Origin: a virus
Lineage: Duplodnaviria; Caudoviricetes
DNA: 60,237 nucleotides
IMG/VR virus record: IMGVR_UViG_3300025571_000003
Location: 1 to 60,237 of that record
Reading direction: 5' to 3' (one strand)
Below the pieces are notes generated by a model that was not told the origin of the DNA, ran no database searches, and saw nothing but the letters and a program-made list of their open reading frames with translations. Positions 17,636 through 26,978 of the stretch are shown one piece after another. A program made the translations under genes and the position numbers. Each line of letters opens with the position of its first letter. The stretch's first letter is position 1.

Positions 17636-18358
17636 CTAGGCAATACCCTGCAAACTAGAGGCGTACGTCGCCAGGTCGCGTTTCATGTCGGCGATCGGCT
17701 GCAAGGCATATCCTCCGACCGTCCAGTTCCGCCCCTTGCGGGTCGCTGTTACCTCTATGAACGCTCCACGTCGATCTCCGAACCGCTCGATGATCGCGCT
17801 AGGGATCAGGTACATAGCGATGGAGCCGATTCCTCGCACCATGACCCCTATAACGATGCACCTCGCATGCCCATTCGGAGCCTCAAATCGGACCTGATCC
17901 GCGTCCTCCTTCGCCAGGCAAACAGAGATGTTCCGCTGTCGCCCGTTGATGATGGCGTAGATGTCAACACCCTCATTCGGATCGTCGGGATCGGGAAGAG
18001 CGCAGTGCCCACCCGAAAGCTGGATGAAACCGGCTACAACATTCGTGGCTCCACTTTCAGCGAGCCTTCGAGCGGGGCGCTGTGCCACGTCGATGTCAGG
18101 AGCAACTCCGAACGCCAGCCAACCATAGTCCACGCCAAGCAGAGTGGCCAAAGACTTCAGCGCGCTGTGCCGAGGCACTGTGACGCCGTTGTACCATTTG
18201 CGGACGGTCTCGCGCGTCACGGATATACCGTAATGAAGTTCAAGCTGGTCACGAATCCAAGTCAATCGCCCGCGATTAAACGGAGGCACCAGAGGGTTAT
18301 TCTCGCAAACCTCTTGGAGCCGCTTCGCAAAATCTTTGTATGGAAGATTCACCGTCAT
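17636..18358 (-). CDS. XRE-type HTH transcriptional regulator with C-terminal domain
   Basis: VTRETVRKWYNG.T.PR...L..LA.LLGV...WL.FG HTH signature. GGAGG RBS. Confidence 0.8.
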   Translation of the reverse strand: MTVNLPYKDFAKRLQEVCENNPLVPPFNRGRLTWIRDQLELHYGISVTRETVRKWYNGVTVPRHSALKSLATLLGVDYGWLAFGVAPDIDVAQRPARRLAESGATNVVAGFIQLSGGHCALPDPDDPNEGVDIYAIINGRQRNISVCLAKEDADQVRFEAPNGHARCIVIGVMVRGIGSIAMYLIPSAIIERFGDRRGAFIEVTATRKGRNWTVGGYALQPIADMKRDLATYASSLQGIA

Positions 18359-18471
18359 CAAATGCTCCTCCAGGGCATTCCGACTTGCCATGACCAAATA
18401 GGCACCAAAAAAGTGCCTGTTCACCTCTTAATCGGCACTGGCGAACGGAGTCAAGATGGTCCGCCCCGGCT

Positions 18472-19038
18472 TCACAGGAGCTGTTCGGCGATGTCATGCC
18501 AGCTCCGCACACGGGTAACGGCCGCGATCGGATCGCACTCGTTGTAGGGTCGGGTCAGCAGGAAGGCCCTATGCCCGACTGAAGCGCCATCGATGGCGTG
18601 AAGGGCGTTATCCTCGACCCACACGGACGGGCTATAGGCCCTGAGCTGTTCCGTCTTGGCCGCCCGTAGCGGGAGCACATGGACCGCCTGCCACCGGAAG
18701 CCGAAGACCTCCTCCAGGCGCCGTTTGCGGGCATTCCGGAAGGCCTCGTCGCCTCCGCAGGCGGTAATGGCCACGAACGTGTAACCGGCCTTGTGGAGCT
18801 CCGGGAGGACCTCTAGGGCGCATTCCTCTGGCGGTTGCTCGTTAAGCCATCCCTCGTCCACGAACCTCCTCATGAGAGCAAAGGTCTCCTCGGGGGTGGC
18901 CCCAGTCGCCTGCTCGATGCTGTAGTGGCTTCGCAGTGGCACAGAAAAACTGAAACCCTGCTTCTCGGCCCACTCTTGGAAATAGTCGGTGTAGCGGAGG
19001 ACCGTGTCATCCACGTCCGTCAGGATGAGCTTGTGCAT
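18472..19038 (-). CDS. HAD-family 5'(3')-deoxyribonucleotidase-like
   Basis: DVDDTV motif I, ITA motif II, K, WVEDN and PYN. Confidence 0.8.
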   Translation of the reverse strand: MHKLILTDVDDTVLRYTDYFQEWAEKQGFSFSVPLRSHYSIEQATGATPEETFALMRRFVDEGWLNEQPPEECALEVLPELHKAGYTFVAITACGGDEAFRNARKRRLEEVFGFRWQAVHVLPLRAAKTEQLRAYSPSVWVEDNALHAIDGASVGHRAFLLTRPYNECDPIAAVTRVRSWHDIAEQLL

Positions 19039-19448
19039 CAGTGCTCATCCTTCTGGTCATCCTGCGCATCGGTGGTCGCGCTTTTCTTCCGGTCATGGAA
19101 ATTGAAATGCCAGACCGTCATCGCCTTTTTGACTTGATCCCGGTACTTGTCCAGGTAGTAGGCGGCAGCGACTGCGTCAGGAACGGCCTCATAGCGGTTC
19201 TTCACGACTGTCCTGTTGAGGATGTCTATGACGACGGAAGCCTCGGCAATATCGTTGTCCGAGATGCGGTCCTTTACATAGGGACGTTCGAAAATATCGA
19301 CCGAGCCCGGCTTCTCGTGCCAACCCTTCTTGCTGGTGTTCACACCCTTGGCCGGTCGGGTGACCGTCGTGACGATGAGGAAGGGTCTGTTGCGAAGATT
19401 CTTGAGGTTTCGCGGGCGATTGTTCTCAGGAGGAATAATAGAATCCAT
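19038..19448 (-). CDS. hypothetical protein
   Basis: TGATG-coupled to the downstream gene. In the groES/clamp-loader operon. Confidence 0.7.
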   Translation of the reverse strand: MDSIIPPENNRPRNLKNLRNRPFLIVTTVTRPAKGVNTSKKGWHEKPGSVDIFERPYVKDRISDNDIAEASVVIDILNRTVVKNRYEAVPDAVAAAYYLDKYRDQVKKAMTVWHFNFHDRKKSATTDAQDDQKDEH

Positions 19449-19501
19449 AATGTAAAAATCCAGAGTACGTAAAAAGCAATGAATGTAATAGAACGGCGAA
19501 A

Positions 19502-20446
19502 TTAAATGATGCCGTCCTTCAAAAGCTTAAGCTCGACGAGGGTTGCGGACAGATTAATCTCAGGGTCGGCCGCTATTGAATGGTTCACAAGTCCATTTCG
19601 AATGATAATCAGGGCCTGATCCTGCTGACGCTCGGTGTCACCCCACAGTTCGAGATTGCGATAGAGGGACCGGTAGATGTCCGGATAGTCCTCTACAAGT
19701 GCCTGGGCGGCAATGAGCTTGCGAGCCTCTCGGATGCGGCCCTGCTGGAACAGACTGACCATTTCGAGGATATAGTCCTTCGTCTCTTCCACGTCCTCGG
19801 TCTTCGGCCGATGGAACTTGCCGCCGACCGTGTTCTTCTGCGCGAGATTGATGCTCTTGCGCAGGTCCGGATAGGTGAGGTCCGTCAGGGCGATAACATC
19901 GTCGATGTCGAACTCGACGTTCTCCCGCGTGAGGATTTCACCAATGCGGCAGATGAAATCCTCACGGTCGAGGGCCGCGAAAGTGAATGTCTGGCAGCGG
20001 GAATGGATCGGATCGATGATGCGCGCCGGATTGTTGCACGTCAGGATGAAGCGCGTCGTGTCCGAGTAGGTCTCCATCTCGGTGAGAAGGAGCCGCTGGG
20101 CCCTCGGCGACATGATCTCGCACTCGTCCAGGATGACGTACTTGATACCGGTCGGACCCATGGACCAGGTGCTCACGAAGCCCACGATCCGGTCCTGAAC
20201 GTCCTCGATCCTTCTCTCCTTGGCTGCGTTGATCTTGAGGATGTCCGCATCCGGTATGTCCAGACGCTTCAGAAGTAGCATGGCAAGCGAGGTCTTGCCG
20301 GTGCCTGGAGAGCCCGAAAAAAGAAGGTGGGGGAGGGCACCATCGGCAAGGTACTCCTCCATGCGGCGGCGATGGGTGGCGTCCTTCCAGACATACTCGT
20401 CAAAGGTCTTGGGTCGGTACTTCTCGACCCACATCTCGATTGCCAT
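19502..20446 (-). CDS. clamp loader ATPase subunit (T4 gp44 / RFC small subunit-like)
   Basis: WVEKYRPK, GSPGTGKT, ILDE, FILTCN, I.SRC, YPDLRK.IN motifs. Confidence 0.93.
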   Translation of the reverse strand: MAIEMWVEKYRPKTFDEYVWKDATHRRRMEEYLADGALPHLLFSGSPGTGKTSLAMLLLKRLDIPDADILKINAAKERRIEDVQDRIVGFVSTWSMGPTGIKYVILDECEIMSPRAQRLLLTEMETYSDTTRFILTCNNPARIIDPIHSRCQTFTFAALDREDFICRIGEILTRENVEFDIDDVIALTDLTYPDLRKSINLAQKNTVGGKFHRPKTEDVEETKDYILEMVSLFQQGRIREARKLIAAQALVEDYPDIYRSLYRNLELWGDTERQQDQALIIIRNGLVNHSIAADPEINLSATLVELKLLKDGII

Positions 20447-20493
20447 GTGCGCGAAATCCCTTTGATAAAATGATTTAGTCGGACGACCCCGCG

Positions 20494-20808
20494 TCAGCGG
20501 GGATCGTCCTCCGACACGAGAAGAACGGCGTCCGGATAGTCGATGAGCCAGACGGAGATCGGACCTTCGTCGGTCTCGACGGTCATTCTCGGAGACCAAC
20601 GGCCGTGCTTGAGAAGGACCCACTCACCAGGCTTGAGATCGTCCCGTACATCCGGCCCAACCGCATAGACCTTCGCCCAGCGTTCGCGAATGCCGTGCTC
20701 CCGCATGTTGTCGTCGCGAATGATGATTCCGGATGAAGTCTTGCGCTCGCCGTGTTCCAGATTAGTAACAAAAACACGATCCTTGATAGCAATAAGTGTG
20801 TTGGGCAT
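20494..20808 (-). CDS. groES: GroES-like co-chaperonin
   Basis: DRVFV...ERKT.SGII, V.AVGP, ..GEWVL..HGRW. TTGACA promoter upstream. Confidence 0.8.
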   Translation of the reverse strand: MPNTLIAIKDRVFVTNLEHGERKTSSGIIIRDDNMREHGIRERWAKVYAVGPDVRDDLKPGEWVLLKHGRWSPRMTVETDEGPISVWLIDYPDAVLLVSEDDPR

Positions 20809-20931
20809 ATTCCTTTAAGAAAAAACTGATGAATGATCCATAATATACAGAAACGGCCCGTTTACTGTCAATCTAATTGCTTCCGCGAATTCAGGAGGAC
20901 CGGAAATGAATTTGAAAGTGACCTGGCACTG

Positions 20932-20954
20932 AAAACGCCCCGCGAAGCGGGGCG
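20932..20954 (-). terminator. rho-independent terminator
   Basis: CGCCCCGC-TTC-GCGGGGCGTTTT on the minus strand. Confidence 0.7.
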
Positions 20955-20960
20955 CTTAAA

Positions 20961-21308
20961 TCAGTCGTCTTCCTTCTCGACGATCTTGCGTGACTTGCCC
21001 TTCGGTTCGGGCTTCTCGGGTTTCTCCGCCTTCGCCGTCTTCTGAGAGGCGGCAAGAGTTTCCAGGGCCTGCGCGGGTGTTTGGAAGACCTCGGTGTCGA
21101 GTGCCTTGATCGGGACCTGCTTCACCGATCTCTTGTTGCGGTGGTACTCGGACTTGATTTCCTCTCTCGTCTGGATCACGCGACCGCGCTTGTCGAGAAG
21201 GTCGCCACGAGCATTGAGCATGGCGTTGCCGAGAGCGACTTCATCTCCGTTTTCATTGACCAGTCGAGTGAAATCAATCGTTTCGCCGCGAATGGACCTG
21301 ACAATCAT
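20961..21308 (-). CDS. conserved-type late hypothetical protein
   Basis: RS.RG..ID...L...N....A.GN...NARGD.L...G motif. TAAATA at 21340-21345. Confidence 0.75.
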   Translation of the reverse strand: MIVRSIRGETIDFTRLVNENGDEVALGNAMLNARGDLLDKRGRVIQTREEIKSEYHRNKRSVKQVPIKALDTEVFQTPAQALETLAASQKTAKAEKPEKPEPKGKSRKIVEKEDD

Positions 21309-21371
21309 GTAATGAACCTCAAATATATATGGACTTATCTATTTATTCGCGAAGGGTATTCGGGAAAATGT

Positions 21372-22013
21372 TCAACTCCACGTCAGGCGGAAAGCTACTG
21401 CATCCTCGTATTTTCGAAAGGCCCACACGGGACCTGCGCAAGTCCAAGCAAACTTACCTGCGCAGTTATTCAGACACCAGTGGGTACGCTCCAAAATTGA
21501 GGATGCTCTTTCCTTGTACGGAATGTTGTCCCACCAAGGCAGGAGGACGTGGAACAGTCTGTCGTCGCTGGCGTGTTCGTGGCAGTAGATGAAAGACCCA
21601 TGGAACTCCGGAGTGTAGAACGTTTCCGGATAGACAATTTTCTTAACCTCAATCATTTCCCATTGCGTCTCCCCAGTGTCAGGAAGACCGGAGACGTATG
21701 CGAGTATTTCCATCACCTCAGCGATGGATTTCTTGTTCCGGACACCATAGCGGGGAGTGAACAAGTTGAGGTCGTACTGGGCATGTTCCGCCCGGCTGAT
21801 GTCATGCAGAAAGTACGTGTGCTCGAAGAACGGAATGCTCGCCTCATAGAACGTTGTGGAAATGTCCACGCGGCACCCGTTGTCAAAAACCACATGGGCC
21901 GTCCTCAGAGCCGGATTGATGTCGATGCTGCGGTGGACGTGCGTCGGCGGATAGAACCGAATGTCCTCGAACGTCAGGTCAGGTCTGTAGCGAACGGCCT
22001 TGATGACGGGCAT
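21372..22013 (-). CDS. two-domain hypothetical protein (C-terminal WAF..EDA.AF.L.W domain)
   Basis: Paralogous to the two upstream ORFs. Confidence 0.7.
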   Translation of the reverse strand: MPVIKAVRYRPDLTFEDIRFYPPTHVHRSIDINPALRTAHVVFDNGCRVDISTTFYEASIPFFEHTYFLHDISRAEHAQYDLNLFTPRYGVRNKKSIAEVMEILAYVSGLPDTGETQWEMIEVKKIVYPETFYTPEFHGSFIYCHEHASDDRLFHVLLPWWDNIPYKERASSILERTHWCLNNCAGKFAWTCAGPVWAFRKYEDAVAFRLTWS

Positions 22014-22014
22014 G

Positions 22015-22323
22015 TCAGCTCCATCTCAGCTTGAACGCCAGGGAGTCCTCGTAGTTGCGGAACGCCCAGACAGGGCTTGCGGCTGTCCATGCAAACGGAC
22101 CGCTGCAATGATCCCGACACCAGCGATTGATCACCACAACAGCCCTCCCATCTGGGTACTCTGAAGCAATGTCGTACCAGTTGGGAAGAAACACGTGGTG
22201 AAGCCCTTCGTCGTTGGTGTGCTCATCGCTGTATAGGAACGAGCCGTGCACGTCCGGCTGGTAGAAACCCGGAGGTGGGTCGTAGGCATCCGGGACCGTA
22301 AGATCGGAGAGTTTGCTTGGCAT
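22015..22323 (-). CDS. hypothetical protein, paralog of the C-half of 21372-22013
   Basis: GGAGG RBS. HGSF.Y..EH..D..L.HV.LP.W...WC...C.G.FAWT...PVWAFR.YED..AF.L.WS. Confidence 0.7.
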   Translation of the reverse strand: MPSKLSDLTVPDAYDPPPGFYQPDVHGSFLYSDEHTNDEGLHHVFLPNWYDIASEYPDGRAVVVINRWCRDHCSGPFAWTAASPVWAFRNYEDSLAFKLRWS

Positions 22324-22618
22324 CGGCTTGCCTCCGCCAAAAGACGCATGACCTCGTCCATGGTGGCGAAAATATAGAACGTCTTGCCAACCGCAACTTC
22401 ATACGTTGCGCTTTCGGCATGACCCTTGAGAAAGTTGTGACGACATTCCCGTTGTCGAACACCACGCGCGCGGCACGGGACGACGCGAATGAAAAATCAA
22501 CGGTATCATTACCAGTTTTCGCAGTTCGAGCAGCAAGGTGGGGGTAAAACCGTATATCGCCGGACGGCATTCCCGGCGAAAATTTGATTGCCCTCAGAGT
22601 TACCATCTTCTGCTCCAT
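22324..22618 (-). pseudogene. frameshifted paralog of the N-half of 21372-22013
   Basis: DIRFYP..R.A.VVFDNG in one frame, then HNFL..AESATY..MDEVMRLLA in another. Confidence 0.5.
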
Positions 22619-22878
22619 AATGAACACCGATGGAGGCGGTATTCATCGTCTCTTTTCTAGCATGAGTCCACTCGTGACCCATCAGCAAGATATGTCGTGG
22701 ATCGTCGCAAGGAAACAGAAAAGCCGACCGCAATCCCCAAATCGGGACGCCGAAATTGACATCCTTGACCTACTTAATGCCAGGCGTGCGCTCGAAGAGA
22801 TGATGTAATCGTCATGAAAAAGCGCTCCTGACTATTCTTCTTCAAAATAGACCAGGAGCGTCGTCACCACAGCCTTGG

Positions 22879-23229
22879 TCAGCTCCCGTAACGGCTCGTG
22901 ATTTCCGCGTCGGTTTCGAGAACGTCGAGCATACGCTGTGCGAATGACGCCAGTTCGGGCTGGAACTCGCTGTATTCGCCTTTCGAGACGATGTCGGCGA
23001 TGTCTGGTGTGAGTTTGAGAACGGTCTCGTCGGGACCATGGGCTCCAAGACCCAGAACGCGACCATTGCCATCTTCGATGACGCAGGTCACCGTGTGAGA
23101 CGGGAACGACTTCGCGTAATCAAAGATGTCGGAAAACATCGCCGAAGGAAGCTGCTTGGTGTTCGAGACTTCCCGTCGAACAACCCGCCCTTGCGGTAGT
23201 TTGTCCGGCACGCTTGTCCAAATAATCAT
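22879..23229 (-). CDS. hypothetical protein
   Basis: GGAG RBS before ATG 23229, immediately downstream of the tRNAs. Confidence 0.65.
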   Translation of the reverse strand: MIIWTSVPDKLPQGRVVRREVSNTKQLPSAMFSDIFDYAKSFPSHTVTCVIEDGNGRVLGLGAHGPDETVLKLTPDIADIVSKGEYSEFQPELASFAQRMLDVLETDAEITSRYGS

Positions 23230-23252
23230 GCTGAAATAACTCCAAGAAAAAC

Positions 23253-23327
23253 TGGTGCTGATGAGTGGGATCGAACCACCGACCTTCCCCTTACCAAGGG
23301 GATGCACTACCACTGTGCTACATCAGC
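23253..23327 (-). tRNA. tRNA-Thr(GGT)
   Basis: GCTGATG acceptor, anticodon arm TCCCC-TTGGTAA-GGGGA, GTTCGATC T-loop, encoded CCA. Confidence 0.95.
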
Positions 23328-23334
23328 ATTACAA

Positions 23335-23409
23335 TGGTGCTGGATGAGGGATTTGAACCCCCGACCTGTCGCTTACAAGGCGACTGCACTACCGCTGTGC
23401 TAATCCAGC
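23335..23409 (-). tRNA. tRNA-Thr(TGT)
   Basis: GCTGGAT acceptor, anticodon arm GTCGC-CTTGTAA-GCGAC, GTTCAAATC T-loop, encoded CCA. Confidence 0.95.
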
Positions 23410-23535
23410 GATGAAGGTACGATACTATTTATGCTTCAACGTTTCAATATAAAAGATCAGATACCGCACGGTGAAAAGAATCGGGAAGAATAGCTTCGTG
23501 AAGCGCAGTCGGAACGGTTATACAGGACTGTTGCA

Positions 23536-24123
23536 TTACATTGTAGGCGGCGCGCCGTAACTCCTTTTCCCGCCGAAGGACCGCAAGACGGCAGCGTCCT
23601 TCTGGCTGTCGGTCCAGTCACCGTCGATCATCATGCGGGTGTATTCAAACAGCTCGTCGAACCTGCCTTCGGCGACCTGGTGAAGTATTTCCGCATCCTC
23701 CTGGACCAGCTCCCAGAGGAAGTCTGCGACGATCTTCCTGTCTATGATCGGCAGTGACGAGCCGGAGACCATTTCGAATGGTACGAAGTCCGAAGGCTGG
23801 AGACCATGCACGTACTCAGCCAGGGTCATGACAGCCCGTCCCTCGATGCCATCGTGCTCGACTATGTCGTAGAGGAGTACAGTTGTCTCGGTCACGTCAT
23901 AGACGAGAATGACCTTACCGTGAAACAAATGGACGTGCCAAATTCCCTTCACTGGGCCAGATGGGAAGGCATAGTCCTTCTTGCTCCATGGGACATTCCG
24001 GGGAGCAGTCTTGCGGTAGTCTAGGAAGTCTATGAGAACGTTTCGTATGACGGGATAGCCACGGTCAAACTTTTGAACGTTTTTCTGAAAACGTTTTGTT
24101 GCTAAGACCTTACGCGAAACCAT
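23536..24123 (-). CDS. RelE/YafQ-like ribonuclease domain fused to an acidic C-terminal domain
   Basis: TKRFQKNV.K, KDY.F..GP.KG.WH.HL, .ILVY, I.EHD pattern of YafQ-type toxins. Confidence 0.6.
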   Translation of the reverse strand: MVSRKVLATKRFQKNVQKFDRGYPVIRNVLIDFLDYRKTAPRNVPWSKKDYAFPSGPVKGIWHVHLFHGKVILVYDVTETTVLLYDIVEHDGIEGRAVMTLAEYVHGLQPSDFVPFEMVSGSSLPIIDRKIVADFLWELVQEDAEILHQVAEGRFDELFEYTRMMIDGDWTDSQKDAAVLRSFGGKRSYGAPPTM

Positions 24124-24502
24124 TATCCATCAGTCACGATATTATTCGTTAAGCTTCCGGTACGACCGCTGTTCCATCAGACGCACCTCGTTGAGGATTT
24201 CCACCGGTTCGTCGAGCTTGATTCCGAGACGCTCGACAAGCTCTCCGACCGACGAGACATCCATGTAGGCCGGATCGTTGTCGCGAAGATAGACCAAAAC
24301 CTCTTCGGAGTTGACAAAGCCTCCCATCCAGAATCGCGCCCACCAAGAGCTTCAATAATAGCCTCAAGCTGCTTGCGACTAGCCTCGGCAATCTTCCTAG
24401 CGTGACGAATCTTTTCGTCGATGGACATGGTCGTAGGCATGAGGAAAATCTCCGGCCGCGTTAATATCTTGCGAGTGGTCACCTTTTGTCAACATATATA
24501 GC

Positions 24503-24531
24503 AAAAAAGGAGCGCGGGCGGCTGCCCGCGC
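24503..24531 (-). terminator. rho-independent terminator
   Basis: GCGCGGGC-AGCC-GCCCGCGC-TCCTTTTTT on the minus strand. Confidence 0.7.
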
Positions 24532-24601
24532 AAGTGAATACACAAAAGGTATAGAAACATTATCTCGTGTGTCGCTTTGCCGAGAACTGATGTTCTCGCA
24601 A

Positions 24602-25714
24602 TTATTTATCTTGATCCACGGGGTGCACGGGGAGAGACTGGTCTTTTTTGGGTGAGACCCGATAGACGTGTCTGACGTAGCCAAGACTGGCGTCCCCGCG
24701 CATGTGGGGAGCGATCCATCTCCGGTATTTCATTTCGCCCGTCGAGCGGTCGTAGATGGTGCGCCAGTGGCCACGCACCTCGTGCGCACGCCTGCGGATG
24801 CCGTGGGCATGCATCAGCTTGCGGTCGAGCCACTCGACCGGCCTCGTCTTGGGCGCCTTGATCCTCACGACAGAGTGGGAAAGGTAGGGGATGCGATGGT
24901 TCCGGATGGTCTGGAAGCCGCTCCGGGGCTGTACCTCGGCCTGGACTGTCGGAACATCGTTGATCACGGCCAGCAGGGTAATGAGGAACCGGGCGATGCC
25001 ACGGTTGTCTAGCAGGTAGGTTTCGAAATACCTCCGCTGGAACTCGGCGCGGTCACGCGCCTCCTTTTTCCTTGCGTGGAAATTCAGCCGATTGATTGGT
25101 TCACAGACGACCGCCAGACGGTCCTTGCACCAATCCGGAGCAATGATCCGGCCGGTCAGTCCGTCCTCTATGCCCATCGCGGCGTATTCAACGTGGCTGC
25201 GGACCGAATTGAATTCGCGGCTCAGCCGCAGGTGTCCGAGACCACCGCCAACCGGATGCTCCTCGGTTGCCTCCGGATCGACGACGATGGCGACATGACC
25301 TGGCCAGACGGCGCCATACTGGCGGGGCTGATCGTCAACGGGACGGAAGTTGATAGCCACCCAGCGGGAGGCCGACGCGCGCTCCCTGATGAAGAGGAAA
25401 CCGCTTTCTGGAGGCTCATCGAACGTCCTGGACTTGCCGAGGGCAGCAACGCGGACGCTATCGTCCAGCTCGAACCAGCATTCGTCGAAGGGAAGGCGGG
25501 CGAGGTCGATCCAGAGAGGCAGGCGCTCGATGTTCTGCGAAACCTGCACGACAAGCGACAGCATGGTGTCGTCGATGACGAAGCGCCTCGCCCGGTTGAG
25601 GACTTCCCGGTAGCGCGTGAGCTCCTTCTCAGCCTCCGAAGGAAGTCCGAGGGTCTTGGGAGGCCTGAGCGTCCAATAGTGAACTTCGTCGAAGAAGGGT
25701 TGTTCGAGTGCCAT
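24602..25714 (-). CDS. hypothetical phage protein with H.VRGHWR...WI.PH.RG C-terminal motif
   Basis: 370 aa, GAGGGG RBS. Confidence 0.75.
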   Translation of the reverse strand: MALEQPFFDEVHYWTLRPPKTLGLPSEAEKELTRYREVLNRARRFVIDDTMLSLVVQVSQNIERLPLWIDLARLPFDECWFELDDSVRVAALGKSRTFDEPPESGFLFIRERASASRWVAINFRPVDDQPRQYGAVWPGHVAIVVDPEATEEHPVGGGLGHLRLSREFNSVRSHVEYAAMGIEDGLTGRIIAPDWCKDRLAVVCEPINRLNFHARKKEARDRAEFQRRYFETYLLDNRGIARFLITLLAVINDVPTVQAEVQPRSGFQTIRNHRIPYLSHSVVRIKAPKTRPVEWLDRKLMHAHGIRRRAHEVRGHWRTIYDRSTGEMKYRRWIAPHMRGDASLGYVRHVYRVSPKKDQSLPVHPVDQDK

Positions 25715-25735
25715 GCCCCTCTCTTAGCCGACCGT

Positions 25736-26269
25736 TCACCCGTGTCTAGGGGCAACCTGGTTCGGGGACTTCTCAAACCGGCTTGCGTCACGCTCCCTGA
25801 CGAAAAGGCCGACCGCATAACAGTGGCTCCAGGCGCAGACTATAGCAATCATCCCAAAGAAGTTGGAAGCGGTGTTATCGCTGAGGTAAGCGCAGACGGC
25901 GAGTACAAGAAACCAGGAAACCAAGACGCGGATCATAGAGTTCCGATCGCTATGATATGCCGAGGCCTGCGCATTCAGAGCGATGAACTTTCCGGACTGG
26001 TGAAGGCGATTGTCTATCCGGAGGTGGATGAACATCTGGATCGCCATGAAGATAGTGCCCACGAAATAGATCGCGGCGAGGGCGACGAAGCCACTATTGC
26101 CTTCGAGATAATAGTGATACAGCGTCGCGAACGCGATGGCGATGTACATGAACGAGAACATCGCCCGCCAGTCACCGATAAGAATGTTCCATCGGTCGTA
26201 GACGTAATCGTAGATAGACTGGGCGTATCTGAAAATCAAATCGTCAAAAGCGATAATATAATTCATCAT
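25736..26269 (-). CDS. membrane protein (about 4 TM helices)
   Basis: Four hydrophobic stretches. TTGACG-17-CATATA promoter upstream (about 26330). Confidence 0.7.
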   Translation of the reverse strand: MMNYIIAFDDLIFRYAQSIYDYVYDRWNILIGDWRAMFSFMYIAIAFATLYHYYLEGNSGFVALAAIYFVGTIFMAIQMFIHLRIDNRLHQSGKFIALNAQASAYHSDRNSMIRVLVSWFLVLAVCAYLSDNTASNFFGMIAIVCAWSHCYAVGLFVRERDASRFEKSPNQVAPRHG

Positions 26270-26385
26270 GATAGCGATATAAAGAGGTTACACTGTAATC
26301 ATATATGCCAAAGGCCGCTTCTTCCGTCAAGGATTTGCTTGAGAGCCCACGTTCGGAACCCGTTTGACGCTGAATTTGTTGCGGG

Positions 26386-26685
26386 TCAGATGCACCGCCA
26401 GTTCAACCTGGTCGCAAACAGGTCTGCATCACTTCCGAGCAGCACGCAATGATACACCACGTTCGGCGTGGACTGCTTCCTGTACCAGTTCGTCCAGATC
26501 ACAGCCTGCTCCAGGTTCTCCTCCGCCCAAGACAGGAACGTTCTCAGCGTATCGACCACTATCAATCCGTCAATAATGAGCGTCGTTCCGAGCTTGGCGT
26601 CGATGCGGGCCTGCATTTCGTCTCTGCGATACCGCAGCCAATCAAACAGATAGTGCCTGCGGTAGTCGTTGAGAGTGTACAGCAC
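26386..26685 (-). CDS. hypothetical protein
   Basis: TAGTG overlap with the upstream ORF. Confidence 0.55.
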   Translation of the reverse strand: MLYTLNDYRRHYLFDWLRYRRDEMQARIDAKLGTTLIIDGLIVVDTLRTFLSWAEENLEQAVIWTNWYRKQSTPNVVYHCVLLGSDADLFATRLNWRCI

Positions 26686-26873
26686 TATTTTCTCACCGTG
26701 GCGCGAATACGCTCAGCGGCGCGCGATACACTGTGCTCCTTGATGCACGCCTCCCGGAAATCATTATAATCGCAAAGCCGAAGTACGCCCTCATTTACGA
26801 GGCGCCTGAACTCGCATCGGATGGAGTGTTCCAGCGAGACGGCCGGATCAGACAAATGTGTACGAATGGTCAT
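26685..26873 (-). CDS. hypothetical protein
   Basis: 62-aa ORF coupled to the next gene. Confidence 0.5.
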   Translation of the reverse strand: MTIRTHLSDPAVSLEHSIRCEFRRLVNEGVLRLCDYNDFREACIKEHSVSRAAERIRATVRK

Positions 26874-26946
26874 CAGGCTACCCCAAAGAATGAGAATTCA
26901 GACAAATTTATCCGTTAACTATCGCTGAAAGTACTCGAAAGTGTAG

Positions 26947-26975
26947 TTGAAGAGGCCCCACCCTGATCGTACAAT
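26947..26975 (+). promoter_or_regulatory. sigma70-type promoter for the small RNA
   Basis: TTGAAG-17 nt-TACAAT. Confidence 0.65.
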
Positions 26976-26978
26976 TTA

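Noticed and set aside
22662-22808. 48-aa plus-strand ORF (MSPLVTHQQ...RRALEEMM)
   Set aside because: No clear RBS and opposite to its neighbours. Cannot be supported from sequence alone.
23230-23313. N-terminal extension of ORF 22879-23313
   Set aside because: It overlaps tRNA-Thr(GGT). The real start is more likely ATG 23229.
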